This document shows, piece by piece, positions 12,045 to 25,699 of a stretch of 64,000 nt of DNA. The translations under genes and the position numbers were made by a program. A model generated the notes under the pieces. The model made no database searches and was not told the origin of the DNA. It saw only the letters and a program-made list of their open reading frames with translations. This DNA is from Raillietiella orientalis (taxonomy: Eukaryota), in assembly GCA_036172245.1 (NCBI GenBank), contig JAYWIR010000014.1:3658001-3722000 (forward strand), given 5' to 3'. How positions within the stretch are numbered: the first letter of the stretch is position 1; each line of letters starts with the position of its first letter.

Positions 12045-12162
12045 GAACAATGGGTGGAGGATGGATGGATGCCACGGACGATGCAGCCAACTAGACACCA
12101 GAGAAGTGTCGCGCGTTGTGCGCCGTGGCCAATCTCCTCTGCCTCTCCCGCGCAGGAATGAA

Positions 12163-12209
12163 AATAAAGGCCGCAATCAGGAAGGATGTCTCCTCACAAG
12201 GGAAATAAA
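12163..12209 (+). terminator. Two candidate polyadenylation signals of the HOIP-like gene
   Basis: AATAAA at 12163-12168 and 12204-12209, downstream of the stop codon. Confidence 0.5.
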
Positions 12210-12399
12210 GATCGGAGAATGAATTGGGTGGTTTTCTTCCTTTTTGATCCCCCTTCCCTCGTCCACCTTGCCGCCTTGTTCGACGGTTCTTGGATAGCCA
12301 CGGTCCAGCAATTGGGCCGGGCATCTGACGCCAGTGGACTACTACGATCTGCAGGATTTCTCCGCAGCATCCGAAGAGCCCAAATCCTGCAAGGATAAG

Positions 12400-12960
12400 T
12401 CAAAGGGAAGCTTCTCTCCCCATGGGAACAGTCTTTCCAGACTCGAGAGCTTGTTCATCTGCGTATTTTCAGTAGAAACTGCCTCTGCTGCTGTTCCATG
12501 CCAGCCGTAAAGGAAGACAAGAACACGAGGGTATCTGAAAAGGAAGGAGGGAGGAGTGGGGAGCTATGCTCTAAGGACTACAATGTGGTCCACATTCTCT
12601 TTTGGAGGCGGTAGGCAGGTTCCCGACGTTGCACCCGAAGAAAGCGAGGAAGATGGCAAAGAGAGCACACATGGACGTGTTGCTCTCCCGGTCGAAGTGA
12701 CCCTTGGAACGCTCATTGTGGCCTTTCTCTTCAGAAAAGGACCAGTTTTGCCGGCTAGTTGCCTTCCCTCTGGAGGCGGTGGCGATGCACTTTCGACCTC
12801 TCGTGAGCCTGAGAGGCACCGGCGCTTCCTCCTTCTTTCTCCAAGTCGCCTCCTCCCGCGACCCTCCAAAGGGAACATCTTGGACCCCCTGCGAGTTCCT
12901 ATTCTTCTGCCTCCATTTCCGACCCTCCTCCTATTCTCATCTTCGTTCCTGAAAGTCCGC
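12400..12960 (+). mobile_element. Very decayed Tx1-like 3' end
   Basis: LCSKDYNVVHILFW looks like a zinc-knuckle remnant and is followed by a pyrimidine-rich tail. Confidence 0.25.
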
Positions 12961-13079
12961 CTGCATCAGTTCGACTCCTAGACTCCCAGTCGGAATGCGG
13001 TCTTGCTCCGCCCGGGAGGAGGTGGCACTGGTGTCTGCTATCGTGGTACACATCGCAAGAAATATCCACCTGGTTCCAC

Positions 13080-14500
13080 AGTTTCGACAGATTCGGTCCT
13101 ATGTGTGCTGAATAGGAAACTCAAGGCATGGCCTTAGCCAGAGGACAGCATGGGAAACGGAAAGGATCGTAGCTGTGAAGAAAGCCTGAAAGCTATGAAT
13201 AAGGTGCGGGTGGCTCCACGCCTTGAGTCCAGAAAGACGATCTTGCGTGCCCAGGAACGAGTTTTCTAGAGAGATCCATTCTGATATCTGCACGTGACAA
13301 CGTTGGAATGATAGATAGGGTTAAAGTAACTTACGGTCCACTAAAAGTACACTCCACTTTACTGACTCGTTCGATGACCTCAGTGAACTTTCTGGTTCAC
13401 ACAACCAGACTAGACTCTCCAAACTTGAGCGAAGATTGAGCAATTCAGAGAAAGAAGGCTCTACGGAGTAAAAGAACTTTTAAGAACAGGATATGAGGGT
13501 GGGATATGGGTAACCTGTGACCTACAGAAGTGTACGCAGGGGAATGTACAGACGTCCCTCGTACGATACGTGTTCGAGATGAGAAAGGGTAACTGAAAAC
13601 GATGGCTCCGGAAACCTGTTGGGCTATTTCCTAGGGTTCCTCTGAGAAACATTGTGCCCTCTGCATGCCATCATTCATAAATCCACTGGGGGTGGATAAG
13701 TTCAGATCAGGCAAGGCCACACCTTATCCACTAGACAACAGCGAGAGGAACATTCATCTCTGAACTCTTGTGGCTGTCACTAAGAAAGGTCTTCCAGGAT
13801 GCATGCACTTGTGAAGGATCTGGATGAAAAGGATCATCACTCTTCCCTCTGTCAGCTATCGGAAAGGATGGGATGAGATAGGGAGCTTACGGAGGTCACT
13901 TTGGGAACTCACACGTACGGAGCAAGAAGAGAGCGCTGCAAATGGGATTGAAGGTCCGGTGGAGGATCGATTTCTGGCGTATACTGAGATGCATCAGGAA
14001 GTGGGGGAAGCTGAAAGCTCCGACTGTGGATTAACAGGGACTTCCTTCCCATGTTTGAGATGCAAATATTCCTTCTCCTCTGCGGGACAAGCCGCTTGCT
14101 ATGCCTCAGGAAGGAACTGGATTGCTAATAGGATTTTGTTTGTTCTTGGTCCCTATTTCCTCGCTCATCATCTTGGCAGGGCTGACGCCACTCCGGGTCA
14201 CCAGCGTGCGGACACGTCGTACTCCCTAGAAAGGTTGAGGAGGCAAATTTTCCGTCTGATGGACCACAAAAGCAGAAGTCATCCCCTGAGATTGAAACTG
14301 GCAAGGCACCTGCGACAGTGGAAATCAAAGAGAAATTGACACGGTCGCAGGCAGAAGGATGGAGCCCAGAGGACCTCGAAATCTCTGCTGCTTGGAAAAC
14401 TGCAAGGAGAACCGTTGAGGCAAGCTGAAGGGGGAATTCCTCGGAGATGTGGTCGACCACTGTTGCCTGTTGATACTTGTGGGTCACTCAACCACTGTTA
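13080..14500 (-). mobile_element. Decayed CR1/L2-like LINE RT region
   Basis: Minus-strand PTGFRSH and YFNPYLSFQRCHVQISE resemble QxGFR and WFxSYLSxRxQxV in the expected order. Confidence 0.35.
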
Positions 14501-16249
14501 CCAGAAGCGGATCGTGTTGCCGACAGCATAGCGACTTCCTTAATCCGGATAACCAGACCAATCCTTTAAAACAAATCACTACAATCTATACAGTTGAAGG
14601 GACACTTGCGCCGACCCGAAATCAAAGACCACCAAACCACAATGGGAGACACGACTGGGCAGGAGTTCAGGATAGAAGGACGACTGATGAATAAATAAAT
14701 AAATAGGGGATGCGATGGACTGCTTTTAATTCCCGAGATCCTGTGTCGGAAAGGGAAAGGACAAGGGGCTTGTGCGTCGGTGTCTGATTGGTCTCCTCAA
14801 TCTCCCGAAGGTTCCCGCGTACCTCAAACCCTAGGTTGGACCATTTCAATTCCTTCCGCATGTGCGAGATGGCAATCGAGAGCCGCTGCCCTAGATGACG
14901 TGCGGCCACGCTCATCGCTCATTTGGGAGATCACCGCTGCTCGCACGCTCAACTGCGCACTCTCTGCTAGAGGTGAGCGTGCACGAGCCCCTCGCCCGAA
15001 TTCTTTCCAGGTTTCTCGCACGAGGACTCACTTGTCCGTTCCGTTCCCGGAACTGCGCCTCCAGGACGCCCTCTGGGGAACGAGTCCGACCATGCGGAGT
15101 CACCTGCCCCGCGCCGCGGGAACCCGCCACGCGCGGCGCGGGAGGAAGGAAACGTCTCGTCGGGCGAGGCGTGAGGAAGAAGCCGCGCCCCGAGGCGCAC
15201 AAGCCGCCCAAGGTGGGCGAACGACACATCGACCGTCCGCGCGCCGACCGAGGAGGAGCGCTCGCCACACAACCGTTGCGCACTGCCTCCTTCCCTGCCC
15301 CGTGAGGATTCTGGAGCATCAGAGCAGCGCCGCTCCGACACTCGTCCGGTGCAACCAGGAAACCGGCCACGCCCTCCCCTTCCCCCTCGGATCCGCCTCT
15401 TCCGCAGACAGCTGTGCACCCATCGATACCATCCTCCAGCCAAAATGAGCTCGCGGTGGCGCTCCGGAACTGCAGCAGAAGCCCTCGCCCACCCTTGTTT
15501 CCGGCCCATTCCTCCCTACGCTCCCTCGTGCCAGTCCCTCCCAGCGGTGCGGGCGCTGCGACCCGGAAGCGGCTCCAGAGGGTCGCATCCTCTCCCGGGA
15601 GAAAAAGTGCTCCGGAGCGAGGCAGGATGTGTCCCCTCTTCCCTCAGGGCCCTGGGTGGCTCCTCCTCCCTCGTCGGTTTCCCGGACAGTGGGAGGACGA
15701 GGAAGAGAGGACGCGGCGCTGCTTGCTGCTCCCGCCTAACCAGAAGCCGACCCGGATGTCTTCCGCGTCCTCGAGAAAGAATGCAAAGGGAATGAAAGGA
15801 CGAGGGCGACGGAGAGAGTGACGTCAGCATCCCGAGCAGCCGGACCATTTCTGTGGAAGGAATAAACAGCATTTGGACAGGAGGGAAGGAGCGCAACGAG
15901 GGAATGGGAGGTCAACACGCAGGCGAACCGGCCTCGCGGCGACAGGAACAATCCCCAAGGGTGTGCGCCGGGCAGGGACGGATGGGGTGCATGCAGGGAG
16001 AATCTTCCGCGGCGGTCCCTAGTCTCCCTTGAACTTCACATCCCTGGTCGGACAGCTCCCTCGCTGAACGGCGGCTGCGAGTGGCTCCCCGAGGAGTGCC
16101 AGCTCGTCGCTCGTCCTGGCAGCACCGGGGAGCTAAGGTCCCTCCTATTCTTCCTTCCCCCTTCTTCCCCCTCTTCGCAGCGCACTTCCAGCCCTGCTGC
16201 TGTCACAGAGTTCCCTACATCCTTCATCGAGCTCACCCGCCCTCCTGGG

Positions 16250-16900
16250 GTTCGGCGGTGCCCCTCGTTTCAAAAGGGATCCCTGCGCACCGACAAGATG
16301 TGGTGGTATCGAAGAGGAAGAGGCAGAGCCGTCTACGGGATCTCGAAGGTTTCTCGGAGACCCTCCAGAGAGCAGCTCGATTCGCTTTTTCAACCCCTGG
16401 GGGCCTCTTGGAGTGGCTCCGTTGGCCAGCTGAGACGCTTCCTATTGGGAGATTTGCTGGCAAACCTCTCCCCCCCAGCGACTATGCATGTCCCGTCCCA
16501 GTCTTCGAGAGACTCCTCTCCCTCTCCCCATCGGTGCAGGAGGGGCCGCGCAGCACCTTGAACGGTATCGCGCTGAGCCCTGGAAGCGGGATCGAAATGT
16601 CCAGGATCCCCCCGAGAGCGAAGGGAGAAGAGGTTCCCCAAGAGGATGATGGCACGATGTTTTCTTCCGGCAGCTCTCGTTACTTGCCTACTCGCGTTCC
16701 CGTCTGAGCGTCAAAAGGTCTGGGCCGTCCGTGGTCGCTCTTCCGGTAGATGGAAACGTCGTCTCCCTGGACCCCAATCTCGATTTGGTTGCGTCTCACT
16801 GCGTCCGGTGTCTTCTCCCTATGAATGCGGAGAAGTCCAATGACCCTGAGGCGAATCCACTATTTTCTCCCGCCGATGGATCGAGACAGATTCCTCTTTC
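16250..16900 (+). mobile_element. Decayed Tx1/L1-like RT core
   Basis: RFAF...LLEW, CPV, LNGIALSPG and EDDGTMF (YADD-like). Confidence 0.35.
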
Positions 16901-17899
16901 CCCTTCTTCCCTTGCCCGCTCACTCCAGTCCTACTTCCGCCGAAGGAGGAAACAGTGACTGGCAACAGAGAAAGGCAAGGAAGGAAGCAAGGATGGAGAG
17001 AGATGAGGAACCAGGCAGAGTTCCGGTTCCCTTCGCCTTTCTTCTTACTCGACTGGTGTGCCTCCCACAACGTCCTCGGGTTTCCGTCCAAGTTCCCCCC
17101 CCCTTCCTCCTAGAGCTGCGGGGAGTTCTAGGGTTGCCCGGTAGCGCGACATGCGGTTGGTGGGGCTCCGCACTCGACCCGGAGGCAGCATCCGGGTCTC
17201 TCGCAACCGAGCGAAGAGGCAGGGTTCCCCCACCCCCGCTGGGAAGCGAACCAGGCTCCGCGGAGAGAGCAGAATTCCCCCTCCGTTCGTTCACCATGGC
17301 TCATCTCCGTGTTCGATGGATAACACCGCGAGAAAAGGCAAACATCCCCTACTGTTTGCAGCGAAGGGACGCAGCTATAATTAGCTCATCCTCTCTCATC
17401 CTCTCGACGTCAACAACCGCTCCCCATAAACATCCTTGTGTTTACGATGGCAAGGTTGGTTTTTTCTTCGCCGCTTCGTCCCGCGAGTGTTGCACACACG
17501 TGCATGATCCTGGAGGGCGGGGTCCCCGACTGCGGCCTGCGACCCCGGGGGACCATCTTCCAGGGACGCGCATCGTCTCGGCAGCCGTGTTTGGGCCTTG
17601 ATTTGGGTTAGGGGCGAACCCGTCGGCAAACGAAGGGTCGAGAGGCGATCTGCTCTTTCCGTCTTCTGGGTCTCTAATTTGCCGCTGGGATGAGGGATAT
17701 TCGCGCCAATGAGCGACAGGTCGAACAGAGGTAAGGGAAGGAAGTCAGAGGTTTCCAGTTGGCTTCGTCTCCGCGGCATCTGTGGACCGGCCCCTCCCGG
17801 CTGCTTTTCCTGCGAACTCGCTACAGTTACGCGAACGCATCTCCGTCACCCATCTCCCGCTGACGCCTTTCGTTTCCAAGGAGACTTGCGGAATGCGGA

Positions 17900-18650
17900 G
17901 CGGTGCGCCTCCCGCCAACTCCCCTCCAACAGCCACCTCCAACGAACGGAGTCACAACAGCCCCGGATCCGTCCCAACCTGAGCGACAGCCCTGATGCCC
18001 GTTTGGGATCCCTCGGAACAGGAAAGGCTTCTCTGGCTTCTCTGGTTTTGGGAGCAGCTGGAACTCCGCGTGCCGTTCCAGAACGAGTGGGAGGCGATTT
18101 CCTGGGAGAACCCAAACGGTGTTTCTTGCCATGAGCTGCGTAAGATACCTTCCTAGAGGCCAGCTGCGGCAAAGCCCTCCTCCCTCGCCATTCTACTTGC
18201 TTCCAGTTCCACATAACCCCCCGATTAGGAAGAACAAGGTTCTCTTTGGTTTCCATGGTTCCCCTCTCTGTCTCCCCACAGTGACATGGGAGGACGGCAG
18301 CAACGAACATTGCGAGGTTTCTTTGATGCTCGTCGACGACAAAAATGCCTCATGCTCATTGTCAGGTTCTCCTCTCCGGGACTGTTCGGGATGATAGGGA
18401 CCCTCGTTGACCCATCGCTCGCCGATGGGAGCTCCCGCTCATCCGGAAGACTTCTCACCTTCGAACTTCTTGAAGGGGGGCGTTTGCCTATTTTGGTCTG
18501 TTGCTCTAGTTTCCGTATTCTGCACGTCGCGTGCTCTTCCGTGGATACGCCAACAGCGGTAACGCTGCGTCCAGAACCTCCGCACCCTCGCCCCCCCATC
18601 CGAAGCACGGTAAGGAGGAAGATTCAACTTTTGCCTTCCTCATTTCTGAC
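17900..18650 (+). mobile_element. Decayed Tx1/L1-like RT N-terminal part
   Basis: GTGKAS, FWEQL and LMLVDDKNA resemble GKxPG, FWxxL and LDxxKAFD. Confidence 0.3.
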
Positions 18651-20299
18651 TCTTGTTAGAAAAGGATGATAGCGAATCTGCGAATAAAGATGATGGATAT
18701 CCCTCCCTCCCTCCATATTATATGATTGCACCCCTTTTGATTTTCAAATAAATCCGCCCCTATCAGCATACTGTCTGATGTGCCAGCCATCTGGCGACCG
18801 GTAAATTAAAGCACTTGTTGGAGGTGGGCGAGATGATTCGAGCATGCTCTCTTCCTACCCCGGGGTGATCCCGTGCTGCAGGAACTTTGGAATCGGCCCA
18901 CTACCCCCTTCCACGGATGGGCCACCGCTCAAAAGCAAGGTAAGATTACGTCCCGCCTTTGGGGCACAGCCGTTCCTACCCGCAGCCACGGAAACTCTTT
19001 CCATGCTTCCCGTTCCGGGAAGGGTGCATCGTCGCTGAGCATCAGCAAAGCGGAGTAAAACGTTTGCCATGGAGACACGCTCGGCTGGAGCCATGTGTGA
19101 ACACTCCAGGACCAAAAACCAGTGCAAGCGGCAGCCATGATGCCCGGAGAACAGAAGGCGGCGCGCAAAGCATACGAGGACGTGAAAAGCGCAAACCCAA
19201 ACCCAGACCAGGAACAGAGCATCTGCGGGTGCTTTGAGCTTCCTAGCTCGCGGAGCCTCTGGATGCAGGACTTAGGGTTCCTCCCGGAGATCTCCTGGTC
19301 TCTGGTTCAGCTTTCCGTGGAAGAGCAAAACGGAACGGGAGCGACTGGCTCATCAAATTCTCGTGAGAAAGGTCGTAGCGCTTCCTCGAGAGGGTCGAAG
19401 CTCAGCTCCTGCTCGGGATCCGAGGAGGAAGAGGAGAAAGTGGAAAGAGGAAGGAGGAAGCAAGTGGCTTGGATCCAGAGGCTCTGACAGAGGACCACAA
19501 ACGGTTGGTGAAGGCCGACAGAGTTACGCAATTTCGAGCGTAGGAGAGAGCGGATTCTGGTACAGTTGCGCTTCCCGCCCCCGATCCTTCGCAGGAGGAA
19601 CAGGTCCATCTGTAAAAGGTTTTGGAAAGGATTCTGGCAGGAACCGGAGTCATTTCAGGGAAAGACGGAAAATCCCCCTGCATCCTCCTCCGAACGTGGT
19701 CTGGGCAGCCGAAAGTGGCTGTGAACCAACCAGGAGCCAATCCAAGGGGGAGGACGCTCCGCAGCTCAATTTTGTCTTTCGAAGGGAAGAGCAGAAACCG
19801 ATATTTCCGAAGGTCCTCGACGAGAGAAGGGCCAAGAGAAGTAGAGTCCCGAGCTACTCACGAGGATGCCCCAGGATGACAGGAGACCATTGCGCCTACG
19901 TCAGCGACAGCAGGATTGGGAAGCGAAAAGCGCTACCCCGCGAAACAACACCCCCCGATTTTGGGTTGATGGGCAGAGGCGAACCTTGCGGGTGGAAGAC
20001 GTCAAGCGCTCTTTCTGCGCTGAGAGGCAGGGGTGCCTGTTCCCGGAATCGAGGAGGAGCTGTGCATCCTTCTCGGGGGAGACTGCTGTGGCCAGGAAAG
20101 GGAGAGAAGCATTCCTGCTGACACAGCGGAAGGTGCTCGAGAGCTGTCAGGGAGGGTAATGGCTGCTGCTTCCGGAGGAGGACGATGTATCCCGGTTTCT
20201 CGGCAGCAGCAAAGGACATCTCCTTCGTTTCGATCTTAATGGCCTCAGCTCTTGAGGAACAGCGCGGGAAGGGAGTCAAATGATTTAAGGGGAAGGGAG

Positions 20300-21500
20300 A
20301 GAAAGACCTGCAGTAATCTTTGTTCTTTTCCTAGATCCTCTTCTTTCTTGTGTGGAGGCCACCGTCCTCTATCCAAAATCCCGGATCCAAAATGGACACA
20401 GGACGGCAGGACTACGGACGCTTCCGTCCCGTTCACGAGAGGAACGGAAGCAGCGAAGGGATGGTACGAACCCCGAGACGGGATGAGAGCAAGCTGTCCC
20501 GTACCTTGGCGCGGGATCCCGAGGGAAGGTTTCCAAGGGGGCGGAAGGACCGCCGTGGTCGACTGATGTGCGCGCCGTGCTGAAACGCCGAGTTTTCGAT
20601 CGGCTGCTTCGCAACTCCGAATGGGAGGACTTGGTAGTTCCTCCTGGGAGCTCCGGGAAACTCCGAGGGAGCCATCCATCGGGAACGGCTCCAGAAACCT
20701 AGTCCTCTCCCTTCTTGATCCGACCACGGCCTTTCGTTCACCTTTCAGTCTCCCAAGTTATACGGAGAAGGAGTTGACGAGCTCATTGGCTGACGAGGGG
20801 GACTCGGAACCATTTCCATCGTCCACCTCTTCGGCAGGTCGAGGGCGCCGTCCACTCGAGGTGTTCCTGCTTCACAACCAGTGCTATAGGAGGTGGCTCC
20901 ATAAGATGCCATTTGGACCAGCTACATCCTGGCGTGTTTCGCCTGATGCCTTGGCATCCTGCATTGTTACTTGGATCTCTCTTTAGGATGCTCTCGTTCA
21001 TGCAGGGGCTCCTTGGCCGGGATGTAGAGCATCAGCTGTCTACACTTTTCTTCCCTCTGTCTGGCTCCTCCCGAAGCACCCGGGGAGCTTGCGAGGGGCA
21101 GGGTGAATCTTCCTGCAGGCAATCGACTTCGGGCACGAGAAGGTTCCAGGTCGCTCTGTATACTCCGCTCATGTCTCGCTGTGTCTCAGAGACGCTGAGA
21201 AGGTCCAGCGTGCGTGCTCCCCGTGGTACACATTCTGTCTTAGTGGACATGTGGCTGGTACGGACAAGAGGAGGAGGTCGAGCCACCTCGCAGGCGTGAG
21301 CCGGCGGTCAACGGATCTTCGTGCGCTCTTCGTTGAAGAGCGATCGCCTCTATGCGTGATGCTGCTGCCGTCCCTGAGCAAGAGGCAGCAGTCCCCTCGA
21401 GATCAGGGATTATCGTGCACGGCCTCACACTTCTTTGCGCAGAAGGGTCAGAGGGAAGTGGCTGCTTAGGATTTTCTGGACGTGAACTCAGAAGCAGAGC
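20300..21500 (-). mobile_element. Decayed Tx1/L1-like RT/thumb
   Basis: CLQEDSPCP (QGxPLSP-like) and EGRGLGF (GGLG-like). Confidence 0.3.
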
Positions 21501-22399
21501 CTGCGCATTCACATTTGTAAGGCATTGTTACTCTACCACGTGGCCTTGTGGCCCTCGGATGCTCTCATGAGTGCAGATCGAGCCAACTGACCTCTCGTGC
21601 CAGTTATCCATTGAGATGCGACTGGTGAACTCCAGCAGCACCTTGGTCAGGCTCACCAAACCACCGGGCTTTCCTGCATGGGACAAATCTTCAGAAATCC
21701 TGCGTTCGCTGTTAAGAACAAAAAAAATGATCTCGGGTGGCACAAACAGAAGGGAACCCGAAAAAATTTATTTTCGGAAGAGCCGAGGAGAATTTCAGCA
21801 GCTTCAGTCTGACATCAAGAGCTTCTGGACAGTTGCCGTGGAAGCCTCTGGGATAATGAACGTCACTTGGACATTTTCCAGCAGTACACCTCGAGTTGCA
21901 GTTGCAAAAAGCACGCTCAACCGGAACCCAAGAAGCATACAGTTTGTTCAGGTCATTCTCTCAACAAACAATGCATCCAGCACCCCGAGAGGGATGGGGC
22001 TACACGACCCGAAGCCGAAGGAGATGAAGAGTGAATCATCGTTTCCACGCAACGTGTGATGCATAGTCTGGAAAGACCTGTTAGCGTGGTTATAAAACCA
22101 CCCATAATTTCAAACCTAAATTTGTTCCCTTTAAAAAGAAAGTAAATCTGTTGCCAGCATCCGGTGCTCCTACTCATGATAACCATTACATCATCTCAAT
22201 GCCTTACGGCTACATCTCGTGGATGCTCCACGCTACTATCAAAGAATTCCAAACTATAAAAATCCGAATATGAAGCGAGGCATCGTTCGCCGCCACTATT
22301 TAAGAAACTGGAGTCAAAGAGCACACCACCTTCAGAGTTCCTTTCAAACTGATGCGTCCAGCAGCAATTGGGAAACGAACACCGTTGTGTGAAGCACAC

Positions 22400-23040
22400 T
22401 AGGAGAAAGAAAGATCTACAGCAGAACAAACCACATGGCAGAAACCGGACAAGAGAAACCATGGTTCCATGGAACTCTTAATGAAAGTCAACCATTTGAC
22501 AAACGAACCGAAATACTTAAACTCATACCAGCTGGACACGCAAGACAAGCGTGATCCCAAATTCTGTACGATGAGTATCAGCTGCATCAAAGAGTGCATC
22601 AGATGAACCAGAAAAGTCCTACTACAAAATCCGATGACCAGCACATTCTGGAAGTCCTAATAGTACGAAGAACCGCTACAAACCACGCGACAGCAGCCAG
22701 ACCAGAGGCCAACACATTGGTACAGATAGACACAAAAGCTGACAGAAAAAATCGACCTTCGCGAAACAAACACCAAACAACAAGGATGCCCATCTAGCTT
22801 CCTATGAGCGAAGCGGAACAATTACTTCAGGAGAACCACGGTCGTAAACTTGACCAGGGAAAGACAAGGAAACTGCGATGTGAATTTACAGAATCAAGAT
22901 TGGGATTTGGGATATTTTATGACAGCATGAAAATACTACAGTCTCCTCACACCATGGCCTTCGTCAACCGAATACCAAATTACAGCAAGTTCGTAGCGGA
23001 GAAGATTCAAGACGGCAGAGATACAGTTACCCATATCCAC
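22400..23040 (+). mobile_element. Decayed RTE-clade LINE 3' end
   Basis: ILYD..LHQR...LEVLIVRR, RMP and EQLLQENHGRKLDQGK match the RTE C-terminal pattern (ILYG, EVLxR, RM..R.PK.L, G.R..G). Confidence 0.45.
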
Positions 23041-23072
23041 GCGAAGAGCAGTGAAACACTGCAACGAAAAAG

Positions 23073-23297
23073 CCCTCCCATTTTCTGGAACTTCCGGAAC
23101 GCACCAGAGACTCTCCAGATCTCCGACGAAGCTCTCCAGCACCCACCTACCCATTCACCTGCGCCGGAGAACTCTCAACTCCTCGGCTCCACCGGCTGCC
23201 TCCTCGTCAGCTATCTTCCTTCACGTGTGGGAGCTACGGTGACAGGCGAAACCGAGGAAGGACTTGACCACCGTCCAAAAAAGTCCGCCGCCGCTCC
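23073..23297 (+). repeat. Dispersed repeat; inverted homologue at 52587-52837
   Basis: Shared blocks TTCTGGAACTTCCGGAACGC, CACCTGCGCCG, GGGAGCTACGGTGAC and CGCCGCCGCTCC. Confidence 0.85.
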
Positions 23298-23899
23298 TAT
23301 GTGAGGTGCAGCGGTGCCGCCCAAACGAGGATGCAGAATGCAGCCTCGTTTGGACTTCAGGGCAATTATGCTCAGAGGAGCTGGAATAGAGGATGAGGAG
23401 CAGGGGAAGGAACCTTTTATCGTCCCAGCACCTAGAGCGCCTCGGGGGGATGCCTCTCCCCTTTCTTTCGCTCTTCTCTTCTCCGCACGCGGTGCCAACG
23501 TTCAGCGCACAGGAAAGCAGGAGGCGCGGGAAGAGCGCTGCCTCGTGCTACTACTTGGATCCAGGGGAGCGAGGGAGGAAGGGGGGAGGAGATTGAAAGG
23601 TGAGGGAACAAGATCTCGGGTGGATGTCCGCGAGGAAATACTTTTAAGAGGGAAACAGAAGAAAACGCGTCCTGAGGCAAACTCAGTCGACGTCTCCCCG
23701 ACTAAGCGCGTGGACCAAGAGCAAAGCACCTCCTTCTCTATTCTCTTCCATCCTCGACCTCTTAACCTCTCCTTCTCTCCATCCTTCCCTATCCCTTCTT
23801 TCTATTCATATTCTGGAGGTTCCAGATATTCCTCTGAAATCGATGTTGAAGGTGAAGGGATGTGGGATAAGAAAGGTCGGAATGCTCCACGATCAAGGG

Positions 23900-24720
23900 C
23901 TTCTTCTGTGTTCACAGAAAGTTAGGAGGTGCTGCGCTCCCTGCAGGAACCACCGCATAACGTGCTGGAGCATACGGGGGGAGGGAGGGAAGCAAGCAAC
24001 CGTGGCAGCTAAGCGCCCCGAGCGGGTGTCCTCTTCCCTGAGAACTCCATCCAGCTCTTTTGCGAGGAGCCGTGTAGCAGAATGGGATCTTCTTTCCCAA
24101 CGCAACTCCCAGGCCTTCCAGAATTCCTACACTGTCCGGGCTTTGGATATGCAGCTGGAAGCGGGGGTCTTTGAGCCCGACTTCCGGCACGGCCGCCCCC
24201 TCCTCTGCTTGTGCGAACGAAACCCGCGCCCGTTGTTAGCCAGAACTGGTGGGGAGGGGGTGGAAAAGGACTTGATGTCCGGCAAACGAGACGCGTGCTG
24301 AGGGATCGCGGAGGACTCCTGGGAGGGGTGCGAGGTCCGTTACAGGAAGCAGGTACGTAGCTGCTGTGTTGGGCGGTGACTGTCCCGAAAATGCCGATGG
24401 CACCCTCTCATCCGGACTGACGAGTCCTCCGGGAACGCAGTGACTCGAACCTGCAGTGCGAATCGTCCCTGCCACGTTCCCACCTCAGCTCTCGCGTTCA
24501 CCACCAGGATATTCCCAGGGACTTGCGACTATTCACTCCGAGAATCCGTCGTTCCTCTCGCTTCTAGGGAGCAGGCGCTCCGGACGACGCTGCAGCCGCG
24601 CTCGCGGTGGTTTTGGCAGACTCCGCCTCCAAGATCGCGGATCTCCATCCACTGGGACTGGTCTCTCCAGACCGGTGACATCTCAAATCTTGAGATCTGC
24701 CTGCCAGCCGTTTAGACAAT
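23900..24720 (-). mobile_element. Decayed Tx1/L1-like linker and RT start
   Basis: SKTPAS...EFWKA resembles KxPGxDG...EFxxxFW. Confidence 0.3.
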
Positions 24721-24869
24721 GCTTCTCCCATCCCACTCACCCTCCAGAAGGAAGTGTCTATTTATCCCCTCCTCATCCCTCCAGTTCCCGAAGAAGGAGT
24801 CGCCGTTTCCGGCTTACAAGGCTCCAAAGTGCTTTCAGAAGTGTTAAAAACGCGCGCACATGGCAAGCG

Positions 24870-25640
24870 GTTCCACTAGAGATCCTTCACTAGAAATCTG
24901 GTGCTTCTGAATGTCCATGGTTCGCGAATGTCTCGGAAAAGGGAAGTTCCTTCGAAAAATAAAAGGCCGTGGAAACGGGAGGTTTAGAAAGTTTTCCTTG
25001 GTCTGTGCACTGCTGGTGAGTGAAGTGGCTTCCATAGCTCCTTTTGCGTGGACTGATCAATGAAGAAATTCGGCATGCTAACGCAAGAAAGGAAGGCTGG
25101 TCGATGCCTCCAAGAAGATCGTTTCCCCGTGCGTGACGTCCCTGCTGTTTTGCCTTCTTCTTTTGGCGTTTCACCTTGCCACGATTCCGCGAACACAGCA
25201 GAGAACTGCTAGAGACGCGCCGGGGGCAGGGCATCACGTCTGAAGAGGGGCCGGAAAATGTCTTTAGGGTCACCTGCTGGAAGATACAGAATCGACGAGA
25301 GTCAGTCCCAAAATTCACGGAGGGCGACGCAGTCTATTCATAGATGCGGGAAGGTTTCCCTTTCACTGCACTCTGCACAACGGGCATCCACACTCCCTAG
25401 TGTCCAGTGAGAGACGCGTGCTCTGCATAGGATTCCCCGATGCAACACTAGCAACGCCACCTCCTGTCACTTTATGGGGAGGGTGCCACTGTTCCAACAC
25501 TCTGAGGACCACTTCACCTTCTCCGGAGGTATCACGAGCAGATCGCCTTAGCGTGAAAGTCCTTTTGGCGGGACACTCGAAGAGGTGGTTGCACTGGATA
25601 GCTGTTGTGAATATCCTCCAGCCTAATTGGAAGAGACAAT
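24870..25640 (-). mobile_element. Tx1-like family 3' fragment
   Basis: The reverse complement aligns to ~53330-53600 (CCCTCCCCxTAAAGTG...; CAECSERETFPHL.IDCVAL). Confidence 0.7.
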
Positions 25641-25699
25641 ACAAAAAGGGAAAAAGTATCAGGGACCGTCCGTCCGTTTCTTCTCTACGGAAGCGTCCG

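Noticed and set aside
18855..19127. Kinase subdomain XI-like peptide (ECSHMAPAERVSMANVL)
   Set aside because: No other kinase motifs or supporting exon structure nearby.
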